A stretch of DNA of 52,948 nt, taken from positions 1-52,948 of the forward strand of contig JAWCMB010000005.1 in the NCBI GenBank assembly GCA_038850115.1, written 5' to 3'. The translations under genes and the position numbers were made by a program. The notes under the pieces are model-generated. The model made no database searches and was not told the origin of the DNA. It saw nothing but the letters and a program-made list of their open reading frames with translations. Numbering within the stretch: the first letter of the stretch is position 1; each line of letters begins with the position of its first letter. Source of the stretch: Thermoproteota archaeon. GTDB taxonomy: Archaea > Thermoproteota > EX4484-205 > JAAOZP01. Below, piece after piece: positions 29,455 through 39,201 of this stretch.

Positions 29455-30513
29455 TTGCCCGAAAAAACGATCATGATAGACGTGCTTACGCCTAAGCAGG
29501 CTCTCCTATTCGGTAAGGTTAAGGAGAAGCTTGAGGAGAAAGGATGCAGGGTACTCGTTACGTCACGCAGGTATGTTGAATTAACCAATATTTTCAAATT
29601 GTCAAGTATCAAACCAGTTGTTATAGGTAGGCATGGGGGAGGAGACCTCTATGGGAAGCTCGTCTCATCGCTAAACAGGATGCTCGGCCTTTTAAGACTC
29701 GTAAGGAAGACTGCCCCCGACCTTGTTTTAAGCTTCAGCTCACCGGAGGCTGCAAGGGTTGCGTTTGGGCTAAGTATTCCTCATGTCTCTGTTAACGATT
29801 CTCCCCATTCAACGCATGTTGCAAGACTAACCATTCCACTTAGCCGTAAGCTTCTAACCCCCAGGGTTATTGGGAAAAGCGTCTGGTTGAAATACGGCAT
29901 AAGCAGAAAGGATATAGTTACCTATAGATCTCTAGATCCTGTCGCGTGGCTCAGAGACTTTAATCCTGCGAAAAGCGTTTTGAAGAAATATGGCTTGGCT
30001 GAAGGTGAGTATATTGTATACCGGCCAGAGGAGTATAGGGCATCTTATTTAAACGTAAGACGGCTGACGCTTGAAACCGTTTCAAAAGTTTTGTGCAGCG
30101 ATAAGCGTCTAGCAGGGTTGAAAATAGTGATCGTGCCCAGGTATGAGGCCAGGGTCTACAGAAGATTTTTCAGAAAAGACCGTGCAATCATACTTGAGCA
30201 TGGGGAGGATACTCGTTCAATCTTATTCTATTCAAAGGGGTTCATTGGTGCAGGCGGAACAATGAACACGGAAGCTGTGCTTATGAGTGTTCCGACAATA
30301 TCGATCCACCCATCTTCCACGATCGTGGAGGAATTCATGGTGAAGAGAGGATTACTGGCTAAATCAGTTAAGGAAAGAGGTTTGCGTAACTGGCTGAGGG
30401 AAACTGTTTCATGGGAGTTTAACACGAACAAGAGATTTTCATCGTTGAGGAAGATTGAAAAAATGGAGGATCCGGCTGAAAGGATCGCTGAAACCTGCTT
30501 GAGCCTGTTTTAA
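29455..30513 (+). CDS. DUF354 family GT-B-fold protein
   Basis: IDVLTPKQ, VIGRHGG, SFSSPEAARVAFGL.IP, NDSPH, GAGGTMNTEA motifs. Confidence 0.8.
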   Translation: MPEKTIMIDVLTPKQALLFGKVKEKLEEKGCRVLVTSRRYVELTNIFKLSSIKPVVIGRHGGGDLYGKLVSSLNRMLGLLRLVRKTAPDLVLSFSSPEAARVAFGLSIPHVSVNDSPHSTHVARLTIPLSRKLLTPRVIGKSVWLKYGISRKDIVTYRSLDPVAWLRDFNPAKSVLKKYGLAEGEYIVYRPEEYRASYLNVRRLTLETVSKVLCSDKRLAGLKIVIVPRYEARVYRRFFRKDRAIILEHGEDTRSILFYSKGFIGAGGTMNTEAVLMSVPTISIHPSSTIVEEFMVKRGLLAKSVKERGLRNWLRETVSWEFNTNKRFSSLRKIEKMEDPAERIAETCLSLF

Positions 30514-30565
30514 CTCACAGTAAACGGGTTTCGTTTTCTGAGATTTTTCAACCCCTCGCAGGTTC

Positions 30566-30814
30566 TCATGAACCCTTCCTTATCTCTCTCATGAACAGGT
30601 GTTTGTAGAGGTTAAGCCAGACAAATATCCACAGCAGTATGAGAGTAAACCCAACGATTGTTTGAGTAAATCCTATGAGCAGTCTGGGCAGATGTCTTAA
30701 AGCCCTCTCTATGTTTATTTGAACGGTATAGAAGGCTTGCGAACCAAATATGATCACGATATAGTTGAACAGGATTATAAGAAACAGGGGTTTAAGATTG
30801 GAAAGTTTACCCAT
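30566..30814 (-). CDS. Small two-TM membrane protein
   Basis: Two hydrophobic stretches; directly downstream of the GPT-like gene. Confidence 0.45.
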   Translation of the reverse strand: MGKLSNLKPLFLIILFNYIVIIFGSQAFYTVQINIERALRHLPRLLIGFTQTIVGFTLILLWIFVWLNLYKHLFMREIRKGS

Positions 30815-30818
30815 GTTC

Positions 30819-31832
30819 TCACCATAGCCCTAGAGCAACCGTTAAAACGACCAACGCGTTCGAAATGGCGCATAGAGTCATAATTGCCTTTATAATCTCT
30901 TTCTCGCTCCTGAAGCCTAATGCAGCAATAAACCTAGTTAAAGTTATAGGCGCCTTCAAATCCTTGTTAGCAGTTATCATCCCGCTCTCTGAAACCACGA
31001 TAGGTCGTACCTCCAGCTCCGATCTTTCGAAAAGCCTCCCGACACTTGAAAGATTGAAGAAGCCGTTCGTCAAATGAGGCAGTAAGCTTATTATCAAAGG
31101 TATTTCGCAGCCTTGGATGACTGAGAAGGCTAGAAGCGCTCCTCCTATGGACAGCGTGCCCGTGTCTCCGACGAAAACCTTAGCCGGATACTTGTTGCAC
31201 GTGAACAATGTTAGCAGAGGGAAAAAGATGATGCTGAACATTAGGCCTGCCAGCTGAATATCAAAACTCCCTCCCGCCAGGTTTTTCAGAATAGTCGCAA
31301 GAAACAATGTCATTAGAGCTAGGAGAGAGGAGCCTGTTGCGGTTCCATTCATAGTGTCAAACATATTTATTGAATTAGATATTACCGCGAGTAACCCTGG
31401 GATGATCACCATGTATACTAAAGGAATACGGAAGGTTATTCCGAAAGGTAAAACTAGGTTGCCGGAGTAGGGGTGCAGTAGAATTAACGGTAACCCGGCA
31501 GCAGCTGTGAGAAGAGGCTTCTCCACCGCACCCAGTTTCCTCAAGTCATCTATGACCCCTACGAGGCCCGTCGCTAGCACGGTAAGCATCACCCCCAGTA
31601 TTTCAGGAACGTAGATGTTAAGTAAGATAATCAGGGTTGAAGATGCTACAACCCCTATGACGAACGCCAAACCACCCATCTCGGGGATTCTCGGCTTCCC
31701 CGGCTTATGGTGGTCTATTCCTGAAATGCCGAGTTTAATGAACCTTCTCATTACATATCTTAAAGTTAACAGTGATGAGACGAGACCAACCGCCCCTGAA
31801 GCAACCGCGATGAGCATAGGGTTTTCCAGCAA
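30819..31832 (-). CDS. UDP-GlcNAc:polyprenol-phosphate GlcNAc-1-P transferase (AglH/GPT, MraY-like GT4 family)
   Basis: GIDHHKPGKPRIPEMGG, GVIDD, NSINMFDTMNG, NKYPAKVFVGDTGTL. Confidence 0.88.
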   Translation of the reverse strand: MLENPMLIAVASGAVGLVSSLLTLRYVMRRFIKLGISGIDHHKPGKPRIPEMGGLAFVIGVVASSTLIILLNIYVPEILGVMLTVLATGLVGVIDDLRKLGAVEKPLLTAAAGLPLILLHPYSGNLVLPFGITFRIPLVYMVIIPGLLAVISNSINMFDTMNGTATGSSLLALMTLFLATILKNLAGGSFDIQLAGLMFSIIFFPLLTLFTCNKYPAKVFVGDTGTLSIGGALLAFSVIQGCEIPLIISLLPHLTNGFFNLSSVGRLFERSELEVRPIVVSESGMITANKDLKAPITLTRFIAALGFRSEKEIIKAIMTLCAISNALVVLTVALGLW

Positions 31833-31930
31833 TATTCTTCTCGAAACGAGGATAAGCGTTGTTTAATAAGTTTTCGAGCACAGCTGGGCAATAGTTTAAT
31901 AAGCTTATTTCCCATGGCTAGCGACGTCCC

Positions 31931-32422
31931 TTGAGCCGGAACGGAGACGGTGGGAAGGGCAGCTTTTTCCAGAGAATCGTATTACTAATGAGTTTCTCCC
32001 TGATTATTCTTTTTGTAATATATGAGTTTTCAGAAGCCCCGTCTCAGGGCTTTCTGACAATGAAAATAATCAGTTTTAATGAGAAAGAGCACACTGCTTC
32101 ACTAACGCTTTTTTTAAGCAATGATTCAAGCGGGAAGCGTGAAGGTTTTCTGATAGTTCTGTTAGGGTATAGGGATAGCAGGGTTTCTGAGAATACTACC
32201 TGCTACTGGTTTGCAGATTTTAAAACGCTAAACTTTAGCGTTCTCACTCTTGATCCTGGCGAGGAAAAAAGGCTTGATTTAAACCTGACGCTGGATTCGG
32301 AGGTTAAGCGAATTGTCGTAGCTTACTGTTGCGATTCTGGCGACAGTATTCGAACAGATCGTTATGTTCAACTGGTGTTAAGGAGGGATGTGACAGTATG
32401 GGTTCAAACCTGGGTAGGTTGA
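31931..32422 (+). CDS. Membrane-anchored hypothetical protein
   Basis: N-terminal TM followed by a small beta-rich (Ig/CARDB-like) domain. Confidence 0.5.
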   Translation: MSRNGDGGKGSFFQRIVLLMSFSLIILFVIYEFSEAPSQGFLTMKIISFNEKEHTASLTLFLSNDSSGKREGFLIVLLGYRDSRVSENTTCYWFADFKTLNFSVLTLDPGEEKRLDLNLTLDSEVKRIVVAYCCDSGDSIRTDRYVQLVLRRDVTVWVQTWVG

Positions 32423-34134
32423 AGCAGCGGCAAGACTGGTGCCTAATATCCGTGTTTCTACTGGCAGTGTTGCTGAGACTTGTTCCATCTATAAAATATG
32501 GTCTGCCCTACGGCTTTGATGTTTACGAGTTTACTTCAAGAGTTCTTATGCTCAACGAGCAGGGGAATGCTTCTCTGCCTCATGGCCCGCTCTTCTACTA
32601 TTTTCAACTAATTATTCTTAAGGTCTTAGGCTACGACATGTTCATCAAGATCCTTACTTTCCTCGAGCCTCTTGTCTTCACATTCTTTATCCTTCCACCA
32701 TACTTTATTTCGAAGCATTTTAAAGCACAAGGCAATAAGCCTGTCTACACGCTTCTCTACCTTGCAACAACCAACCTGCTTGTGCATCAAGTAGGCGGCG
32801 TTATAATACCAGAGGGGTTTGGAATATTTTTCTACGGGCTATCCATATTTTTCTCGATGAAAGCCTTAACTGTAGACTGGAGATGGATGTTGCCTGCAAT
32901 GCTCTCCGGGTTTCTGACTGCCATGAGCCACCATCTCTCTGCTCTCCAGCTGACTCTGTTTTTCACATCGATATTCCTCTCCTACCTATACTACTATGTG
33001 AAGTATGAGAAGACTGATAGACTGTTACGCATACTTATTCTGATTTTCTTAACTATAATCCTCGTAATGGTCTCCTCAGCATCGATTTGGAGCCTATCGG
33101 GAGAGGAGGAAAACATGTTAAAACTGCTTCTCAACATGATTCTCGGGAACAGTTTTCTCCCTTTAATTGTGATTCTCGGGGTGTTTCTGTTTCCCATCGT
33201 TACGATTAATGTTATTAAGTTTGTCAAGGAATATGAGAAATTTACGTTTACAAAGACCTTCGTCTCAGTACTGTTGGTTAGCGTAATCGTTCCAAGCATC
33301 TTAACAATCGTATTTCATCCAGAGGCCTTGGCAACTACCCTGTGGTTCACCATACCCGTCTCACTTGGCTTGTTGCCTTTCCTAATCCATGGGTTGATAC
33401 AGTATTGTAGAAAAAGCTCGGTTTACATCACGATATTCTTCCTAGCTCCGCTGATGGTTTTCGTGGTTGAAGCCTCTTTCCTGCTTTCATTAGAAAGCTA
33501 CCGTGTGCTTATTCACAGGATACCGACATTCATAATATATTTCGCAACTCCATTGGCCGGTTACGGGTTAAGCTGTTTCAGCAGCGAGCTGGGAAGTATG
33601 GAAAAAGAGTATCTGGCGGGAATGATGGTTTCCTACTTTATTCTTTCACTGGCATTAACCTCCTATCCTAGGCCAGAATTTGCATATGGTATTAAGGAGT
33701 CGATCAGTCGTTCGGAGCTTAAGCTTGTTGAAGACGCTTACAACTATTCGATACTCTTTAACTATAAAATTGACACCGACACAAGGCTGGGCGCGGTTCT
33801 AATGTTTTTATCTCATAGAGGAGCCGCTTGGATGGGCAACTTGACAGCATGGTTTCAGCCGTCCAACTCTTGGCTTGTAAACGTTTCAGTCACTGGAAAA
33901 CAATACCCTTTTAAAAGCGATGTCTTGATAATTCTTTCCAACGCTATGAGGGAAACATTCGGCGGCAAGGTTGTTAACCTAATAACCAAGCCATCCGGCT
34001 CCATTAGCGGGGAAACAGTAGACTACCTGAACAACTTTCCAGGTGTAGATAGACTGGAGGATGTTCAGGATGGTGCAATATACGTGCTTTCCTCTTGGAA
34101 AAAGTTAAATTGCAGCAATACCGAAATCCCGTAG
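32398..34134 (+). CDS. Polytopic membrane protein, possible GT-C-fold glycosyltransferase
   Basis: About 12-13 TMs, first external loop YGLPYGFDVYEF, SHHLS motif, soluble C-terminal domain; ATG 32398 after GGAGGG. Confidence 0.5.
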   Translation: MGSNLGRLKQRQDWCLISVFLLAVLLRLVPSIKYGLPYGFDVYEFTSRVLMLNEQGNASLPHGPLFYYFQLIILKVLGYDMFIKILTFLEPLVFTFFILPPYFISKHFKAQGNKPVYTLLYLATTNLLVHQVGGVIIPEGFGIFFYGLSIFFSMKALTVDWRWMLPAMLSGFLTAMSHHLSALQLTLFFTSIFLSYLYYYVKYEKTDRLLRILILIFLTIILVMVSSASIWSLSGEEENMLKLLLNMILGNSFLPLIVILGVFLFPIVTINVIKFVKEYEKFTFTKTFVSVLLVSVIVPSILTIVFHPEALATTLWFTIPVSLGLLPFLIHGLIQYCRKSSVYITIFFLAPLMVFVVEASFLLSLESYRVLIHRIPTFIIYFATPLAGYGLSCFSSELGSMEKEYLAGMMVSYFILSLALTSYPRPEFAYGIKESISRSELKLVEDAYNYSILFNYKIDTDTRLGAVLMFLSHRGAAWMGNLTAWFQPSNSWLVNVSVTGKQYPFKSDVLIILSNAMRETFGGKVVNLITKPSGSISGETVDYLNNFPGVDRLEDVQDGAIYVLSSWKKLNCSNTEIP

Positions 34135-34136
34135 CG

Positions 34137-34382
34137 ATGGTTAAGGCTGTGGTGTTGATAAGGTGTAGGGCTGGGACCTACAAGGATGTTGTCAGAAAAC
34201 TCAGGGAATTGAAGAATGTTAAACTAGTCTTTTCAAGCCTAGGAGCGTATGATGTTGTTTCTAAGATGGAGGCGGATAGCCTAATCGAGATAGGTAGGAT
34301 GGTTAGGACAATAAGATCTTTTAAAAACGTAAGCGCCACGGAAACCTTGGTTGAGGTTGAGAGGGAGGGTGCTTCCGAATGA
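34137..34382 (+). CDS. Stand-alone Lrp/AsnC ligand-binding domain protein
   Basis: AVVLIRC...LGAYDVVSKME...VSATETLV; start at ATG 34137. Confidence 0.82.
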   Translation: MVKAVVLIRCRAGTYKDVVRKLRELKNVKLVFSSLGAYDVVSKMEADSLIEIGRMVRTIRSFKNVSATETLVEVEREGASE

Positions 34383-34603
34383 CATACGGCTGTGTTCTCG
34401 TTAACGTTGATGACGGTAAAGTGTTTCAGGTTCTTGAAAAAATCAGGAAGATTGAAGGCGTTATTGACGTCTTCGAGTGCTTCGGAAGGTTTGATATAGT
34501 TGTTATTCTTCAGGCTAACGACGTATCGGAGCTAGCCCTACTGACATCAGAGATAAATTCGATTGAAGGCGTTGAAAAAACCGAAACGCTGGTTGCAAGC
34601 TAG
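34379..34603 (+). CDS. Stand-alone Lrp/AsnC ligand-binding domain protein
   Basis: VLVNV...CFGRFDIVVIL...IEGVEKTETLV; ATGA overlap with its paralogue. Confidence 0.85.
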   Translation: MTYGCVLVNVDDGKVFQVLEKIRKIEGVIDVFECFGRFDIVVILQANDVSELALLTSEINSIEGVEKTETLVAS

Positions 34604-34610
34604 AACCATG

Positions 34611-35585
34611 TTATCTTAAATGCTCCCATCCCTTCCTCAACACTTTAACAGTCTCACCGTCTTCTCTAAGATACCAGACTCCTTCACGGCCTATAATCCT
34701 TCCAACTGGTATTAGAGACCCGCCGGCCCGATTAACCTTTCTAACAGCTTCCTTCCATCTTCCTCTCGGAATTACTGTGACAAGTTCAAATTCTTCACCG
34801 CCATAGAAAACCATTTGGAAAGGTGAAGCCCCAATAATCCTTGAAGCTTCTTCAAGCCCCTTGCTGACTGGCAATTTCTCAACAAGTATCCCATTCCCGG
34901 TCCCTTCAACAAGGTTATAAAGCGATGCTGCAAGCCCGTCGCTCGAATCCGTACACGCTGCCGCAACACCGTTAAGAGCCATACCTTCACTAAGCCTCGC
35001 AACAGGCATACATATTTTCTTAACAACCCGCTTCCGCAGTCCCTCAGGTATCTTGGCAAGTTCCCGCATCAGCTTGAAGCCCACGTATGTTTCTCCGAAG
35101 GATCCGGTTACAGCAACAATGTCTCCAAGCCTACCTCCAGTTCTTAAGATTGGCGGCTTGTTCGACAGGGACACTGCGATAACGCTAATAGTCACGCATG
35201 GTGCTTCATTCGTATCGCCACCCATGAGTATTCCTCCATAAAGGCCAATCGCATCTCTCCACCCCTTTACTAGCTCCCTAAACTTCTTCCAGCCAAACCT
35301 TCTCGGAAGCCCGATAATTAAATAATAATAGTTTGGGGGGACTCCCTTGGAAGCAATGTCGCTAACGCTTATCGTGAAACTTTTAAAGGCTATTTGCCTA
35401 ATCGTCATGAAAGGTGGAGCATCTGTAGTTTCAACCAGCATATCTCCCGAAAATATAAGGTATTTCTTGTCTAGTATACAGCCCCAAGCATCATCGTAAA
35501 GGGAAAGAATATTTCCTCTCTGGGAGAATCTCCTCTTGATGAAATCTATTATTGCATACTCGCTAAACGCTCTACGTCTCACCAT
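34611..35585 (-). CDS. thiL: Thiamine-monophosphate kinase
   Basis: SDIASKG, GGDTNEA, GDIVAVTG, DSSDGLAASL, GGEEFELV motifs. Confidence 0.92.
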   Translation of the reverse strand: MVRRRAFSEYAIIDFIKRRFSQRGNILSLYDDAWGCILDKKYLIFSGDMLVETTDAPPFMTIRQIAFKSFTISVSDIASKGVPPNYYYLIIGLPRRFGWKKFRELVKGWRDAIGLYGGILMGGDTNEAPCVTISVIAVSLSNKPPILRTGGRLGDIVAVTGSFGETYVGFKLMRELAKIPEGLRKRVVKKICMPVARLSEGMALNGVAAACTDSSDGLAASLYNLVEGTGNGILVEKLPVSKGLEEASRIIGASPFQMVFYGGEEFELVTVIPRGRWKEAVRKVNRAGGSLIPVGRIIGREGVWYLREDGETVKVLRKGWEHLR

Positions 35586-35678
35586 ATTCTCTTAAGAAGC
35601 GGATTTAAGCTAGTTTAACCTTTTATCTCCTTTAAAAAAGCGAAAACGTTTTAAGCTCCTTCGGAAAATTTTGACTAG

Positions 35679-35752
35679 GCCTCGGTAACTCAGCCTGGTA
35701 GAGTGGCAGCCTCGTAAGCTGCAGGTCGGGGGTTCGAATCCCTCCCGAGGCT
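35679..35752 (+). tRNA. tRNA-Thr(CGT), intronless
   Basis: GCCTCGG/CCGAGGC acceptor, GCAGC-CTCGTAA-GCTGC, TTCGAAT. Confidence 0.95.
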
Positions 35753-35852
35753 CTCAAAAGGGGTGTTAGGCTTCATTCCGGGTTCTACTGATCCGCGTTA
35801 AAGGATTATGCTTAAAAGGTTAGGGGCTTGTTAAAGAACTGCCCACGTTAAG

Positions 35853-37187
35853 ATGCTGCTCAACATAGGGATAGACGACACCGATTCAGAAGTATTCGGC
35901 TGCACCACTCACGTGGCTGCGAAGATAGTGTCTAATCTAGACAGCATGAGAAGCATAAGGTTCTTGGACTACCCTCTTCTCGTCAGGCTTAACCCAAATA
36001 TTCCTTGGAAAACAAGGGGTAACGGGGCGGTAAGCATCAGGATAAGCATAGAAGACCCTGACATTCATAAGGAGGTCTTAAAATCTGTTTTAAGAACCGT
36101 GGAAAAATTCTCAGATTTAAACAGCCCGAGGTCCGAGCCTGCAATCGTTTTAAGCGACAAGGTTCCTGAGAAAGGAGATGTGCTCCACCGGTTTTATCTG
36201 AAGGTTTTAAGAAACATGGTTCCTCCGATCGAGGCCTTGAAAGTCGCTGAAGAAGTAGGCGCAGCCTGCATGTTTCTAAAGACTTCTAAAGTGGGGGTGG
36301 TTGGAGCGCTTGCTGCGGTCGGGGCGGTCTTTGACGACTATACTTTTGAACTTCTCTCCTACAGGGTTAGAGAGAACTATGGGAGGCCGCGCAGAATAGA
36401 CCGTGACAGTGTTTACCTTATGGATAGGTTGACCTTCAAAAACACTTTTAACAACATTGATCCTGAGACGGGGCGAATCTTAATAGCTCCACATGGGAGA
36501 GATCCAGTGCTCTTCGGAATAAGAGGGGAAACGCCTGAGGCTGTCTACAACGCGTTCAAGCTTGTGAGGGCTCTGGAGACAATTGAATCATGGTGTATTT
36601 TCAAGACTAACCAAGGTACTGATGCACACTTCCCGGAGGCGTCTATTGCAATTAATCAAGTTAGAAAATATGATTCAACCTTCGTAGAGGGGAGTGTAAT
36701 AGATAAGAAGATTATTCGAGGTGGGCATGTTATAATCACCCTTAGCAATAAAGGGTTAAGGATTTTCTGCGCGTTCTACTCTCCAACTGGAATTTTGAAG
36801 AAAGCGGCGTCTAGACTTGAATACGGCGACTATATAAGGGTGTACGGCGGGGTTAAGGAACATTTGGGAAACTTAACTGTTAACGCTGAGAAAATGGAGG
36901 TTTTAAAACTGTGTGAAAAACTCGGGAAAACACCTCCTACGTGTCCAAAATGCGGAAAAAGATGCAAGAACCTTGGACTTCGCCAAGGCTTCGCATGCGA
37001 GAAATGCGGTGAGCTGGTAATGGAACAACAGATCACTAAGGTGGAGCGAGACTTAGTGATGAACCATCCTTATCTTCCACCTGAAAGAGCCCATAGGCAT
37101 TTAACCAAGCCGTTGAAAAGATACGGGCTCGAAAAGAACCGGTTAAAGGAGACTTACGGCTTCATAAACCCATGGCATTTCCCATGA
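35853..37187 (+). CDS. tiaS: tRNA(Ile2) agmatinylcytidine synthetase
   Basis: IGIDDTDS...GCTTH, RLNPNIPWKTRGNGAV, PHGRDPVLFGIRG, TNQGTDAH, OB fold, zinc ribbon, RHLTKP. Confidence 0.95.
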   Translation: MLLNIGIDDTDSEVFGCTTHVAAKIVSNLDSMRSIRFLDYPLLVRLNPNIPWKTRGNGAVSIRISIEDPDIHKEVLKSVLRTVEKFSDLNSPRSEPAIVLSDKVPEKGDVLHRFYLKVLRNMVPPIEALKVAEEVGAACMFLKTSKVGVVGALAAVGAVFDDYTFELLSYRVRENYGRPRRIDRDSVYLMDRLTFKNTFNNIDPETGRILIAPHGRDPVLFGIRGETPEAVYNAFKLVRALETIESWCIFKTNQGTDAHFPEASIAINQVRKYDSTFVEGSVIDKKIIRGGHVIITLSNKGLRIFCAFYSPTGILKKAASRLEYGDYIRVYGGVKEHLGNLTVNAEKMEVLKLCEKLGKTPPTCPKCGKRCKNLGLRQGFACEKCGELVMEQQITKVERDLVMNHPYLPPERAHRHLTKPLKRYGLEKNRLKETYGFINPWHFP

Positions 37188-37193
37188 AACCGT

Positions 37194-37862
37194 TCAACTG
37201 TTTTCAGGTTCTCCTGCGAAGGCTAGAGCATCATTAATTATGGTAACTAGGCTTTGGAAGCCGCGCTGAACCCTGCTTTCAGTAAGTTCTTTGACTGGAA
37301 GGATTACCTGTATCGCAGGTATCTTCTGAAACCTCGCCATGGCGACTGCAAGCGTCAGGGAACTCTTAATACGCTTCTCTTTTATTAGAACGTAATCCTC
37401 ATTATCCTTGAATCTTTCAGCAAGCTTTGAAGAGTTAACAATCAAGTATGCTTTCCTATTCTTACCCACAGTATTGGTGCAGTCAATGGTTAGGAGGAAA
37501 CGCGATCCGATCAGCCTCATAGTGTATAAAAGCGAGGAGAAAAACATGTTACGCTCCCTGTTTCCAAGAGAGTCAATATACTGTTGCCTAACCATCGTCG
37601 TGAAAACACTTATGTTGAAATCCCCAGTTTTGGCGTGGTAGACATCAACCGTAGGAATCTTGCCGACACCCATAGAGTCCACGATCAGATTGTCGGGAAA
37701 ACCGTAGAAAACAATCTCTCCAACTGGCCTCATGTTGAAAAGCCTGACAAGGTTCCCCGCCTGAATAACACCCATCCCGCTAGAACCCTCTAAGCCGAGA
37801 AACGTCAACCCCCTGCCGCTTATCCTCTCCCTAAGCAGTATCTCTATCAGCCTTCTTGGCAC
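37194..37862 (-). CDS. Divergent PAC2-family (proteasome assembly chaperone-like) protein
   Basis: GLEGSSGMG...VGEIVFYGFPDNLIVDSMG...PTVDVY pattern; GTG start abuts the IS right end. Confidence 0.5.
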   Translation of the reverse strand: MPRRLIEILLRERISGRGLTFLGLEGSSGMGVIQAGNLVRLFNMRPVGEIVFYGFPDNLIVDSMGVGKIPTVDVYHAKTGDFNISVFTTMVRQQYIDSLGNRERNMFFSSLLYTMRLIGSRFLLTIDCTNTVGKNRKAYLIVNSSKLAERFKDNEDYVLIKEKRIKSSLTLAVAMARFQKIPAIQVILPVKELTESRVQRGFQSLVTIINDALAFAGEPENS

Positions 37863-37865
37863 CCT

Positions 37866-37990
37866 CCTACCCGGGTAGGGTTCCCAATAAGGAGGGAAAC
37901 AATCCTATATTAAGATTTGGCATCTTGGGTTTCTCCTACCGGGGTAGGAAGCTCCCGGTTTGTCGACCTTGTGGCCTCATCCTACCGGGT
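37866..37990 (-). repeat. Three related CCTACC(C/G)GGTAGG hairpin/half-hairpin units (right end, omegaRNA region)
   Basis: cctacccgggtagg 37866..37879, tcctaccggggtagga 37934..37949, tcctaccgggt 37980..37990. Confidence 0.8.
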
Positions 37991-39010
37991 TCAGGGCCAT
38001 GCCAAACTGGCCCCTGCTATGCGCATGTAGCGCGTGGCCCGCTTCATTATGTTTATCGCGCCATTGTAGTCCGCGTTGCACGTGTAGTTGCAGGCTTCGC
38101 ACTTGAACATGCTTCCCTTACGGATCCCTACGCTTCCGCACCTGTGGCACAGCTTCGAAGTGCCTCTTTCGTTCACTTTGACAACCTTGATCCCCAGCCA
38201 CCTCGCCTTATACTCTATGAGCCCGCTGAGCTTGTAGTATGGGAATCCATTGAGCTTTCTGTTGAATACCTTGCCCCTATCTTCTTCTTTAATTCCCTTC
38301 AAGTCTCCCATCACAATCATCGCATCTGTCTCCAGCGCTTCGTTCACTATCCTCCTGCTTATCTTGTGCAGGATGTCGCTCACTATCCTTTGCTCCTTAT
38401 CTCCAAGCTTCTTGATTGCATTGTAAGCCCTCTTCACCGCCAAGCTCCTCCTCAAATAGAAGAAGTGTCCCCTTACCTTCCTCAGCTCCCTGCCGTAGAA
38501 CCTCGGAACCGGGTTGCTTGAATTCACCGTGACCGCTATCCATCTTATGCCCATGTCGATAGCTAGAATATTTTTCGGGGTTCTCTCCTCAACCTCCTTC
38601 TCAACACAGATCTGTACAAACCACTCGTCGCCCTTGCGAATCACTTTGGCCTCCTTAAGCTTCAAGTCACTCGTTATCGGCTCATGCGTCGTGATTAGGA
38701 CCTTTGCCCCTCCCCAAACGCCGTAAACAGGTATTTTAAACACGTAGGGGTATTGCTTAGTATCGATCCTGTACTTGTCGTTTCTCAGCATCAATGGATA
38801 TTCTTTCTCCTTTAGCTTCCCATTTAGTCTCTTAAGGAACCTGTCTGCTACTTGCTGGGTGGCAGAGTATAACGGAACCGATTTCTCGCCTCGCAGGTAT
38901 CGTTGGAAATTCTCGTATTCGCGCTCCAGAAGATCCCTCTCCTTCTCACTGAGCTCCAAAATCTTACCTTTTATAGTCTTCCTGGCTATGATATACCTTG
39001 GAGAAGACAT
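37991..39010 (-). CDS. tnpB: RNA-guided endonuclease TnpB
   Basis: RuvC-I ILAIDMG, RuvC-II region IVMGDL, zinc finger CHRCG...CEAC, RuvC-III NADYNGAINI; ATG 39010 preceded by GGAGGTG. Confidence 0.9.
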   Translation of the reverse strand: MSSPRYIIARKTIKGKILELSEKERDLLEREYENFQRYLRGEKSVPLYSATQQVADRFLKRLNGKLKEKEYPLMLRNDKYRIDTKQYPYVFKIPVYGVWGGAKVLITTHEPITSDLKLKEAKVIRKGDEWFVQICVEKEVEERTPKNILAIDMGIRWIAVTVNSSNPVPRFYGRELRKVRGHFFYLRRSLAVKRAYNAIKKLGDKEQRIVSDILHKISRRIVNEALETDAMIVMGDLKGIKEEDRGKVFNRKLNGFPYYKLSGLIEYKARWLGIKVVKVNERGTSKLCHRCGSVGIRKGSMFKCEACNYTCNADYNGAINIMKRATRYMRIAGASLAWP

Positions 39011-39201
39011 GCTACACCACCTCCTAGGAGCCGGGGCGATGATGCTGGCTAGTGCCGGTGGTCTAGGAAAAGCCACGCGTGGCCTATACTCGATTAAAGG
39101 CGGGCTTCAGCCGTTACAACGCAGACTAAAGTGCTCGCTCAAAAACGCCTGATTTCACGCCCCTCCACAGCTCCCAGGAATAAGATTCAGCCTAGGGGTA
39201 T

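Larger units (their letters stand above)
37861..39100 (-). mobile_element. Non-autonomous IS200/IS605-family (IS1341-like) element, TnpB only; boundaries approximate
   Basis: tnpB without tnpA; palindromes at 37866..37879 and 37934..37949 at the right end; GCCACGCGTGGC hairpin near the left end. Confidence 0.7.

Noticed and set aside
37856-38521. 221-aa plus-strand ORF
   Set aside because: Shadow of tnpB and its right end; no motif.
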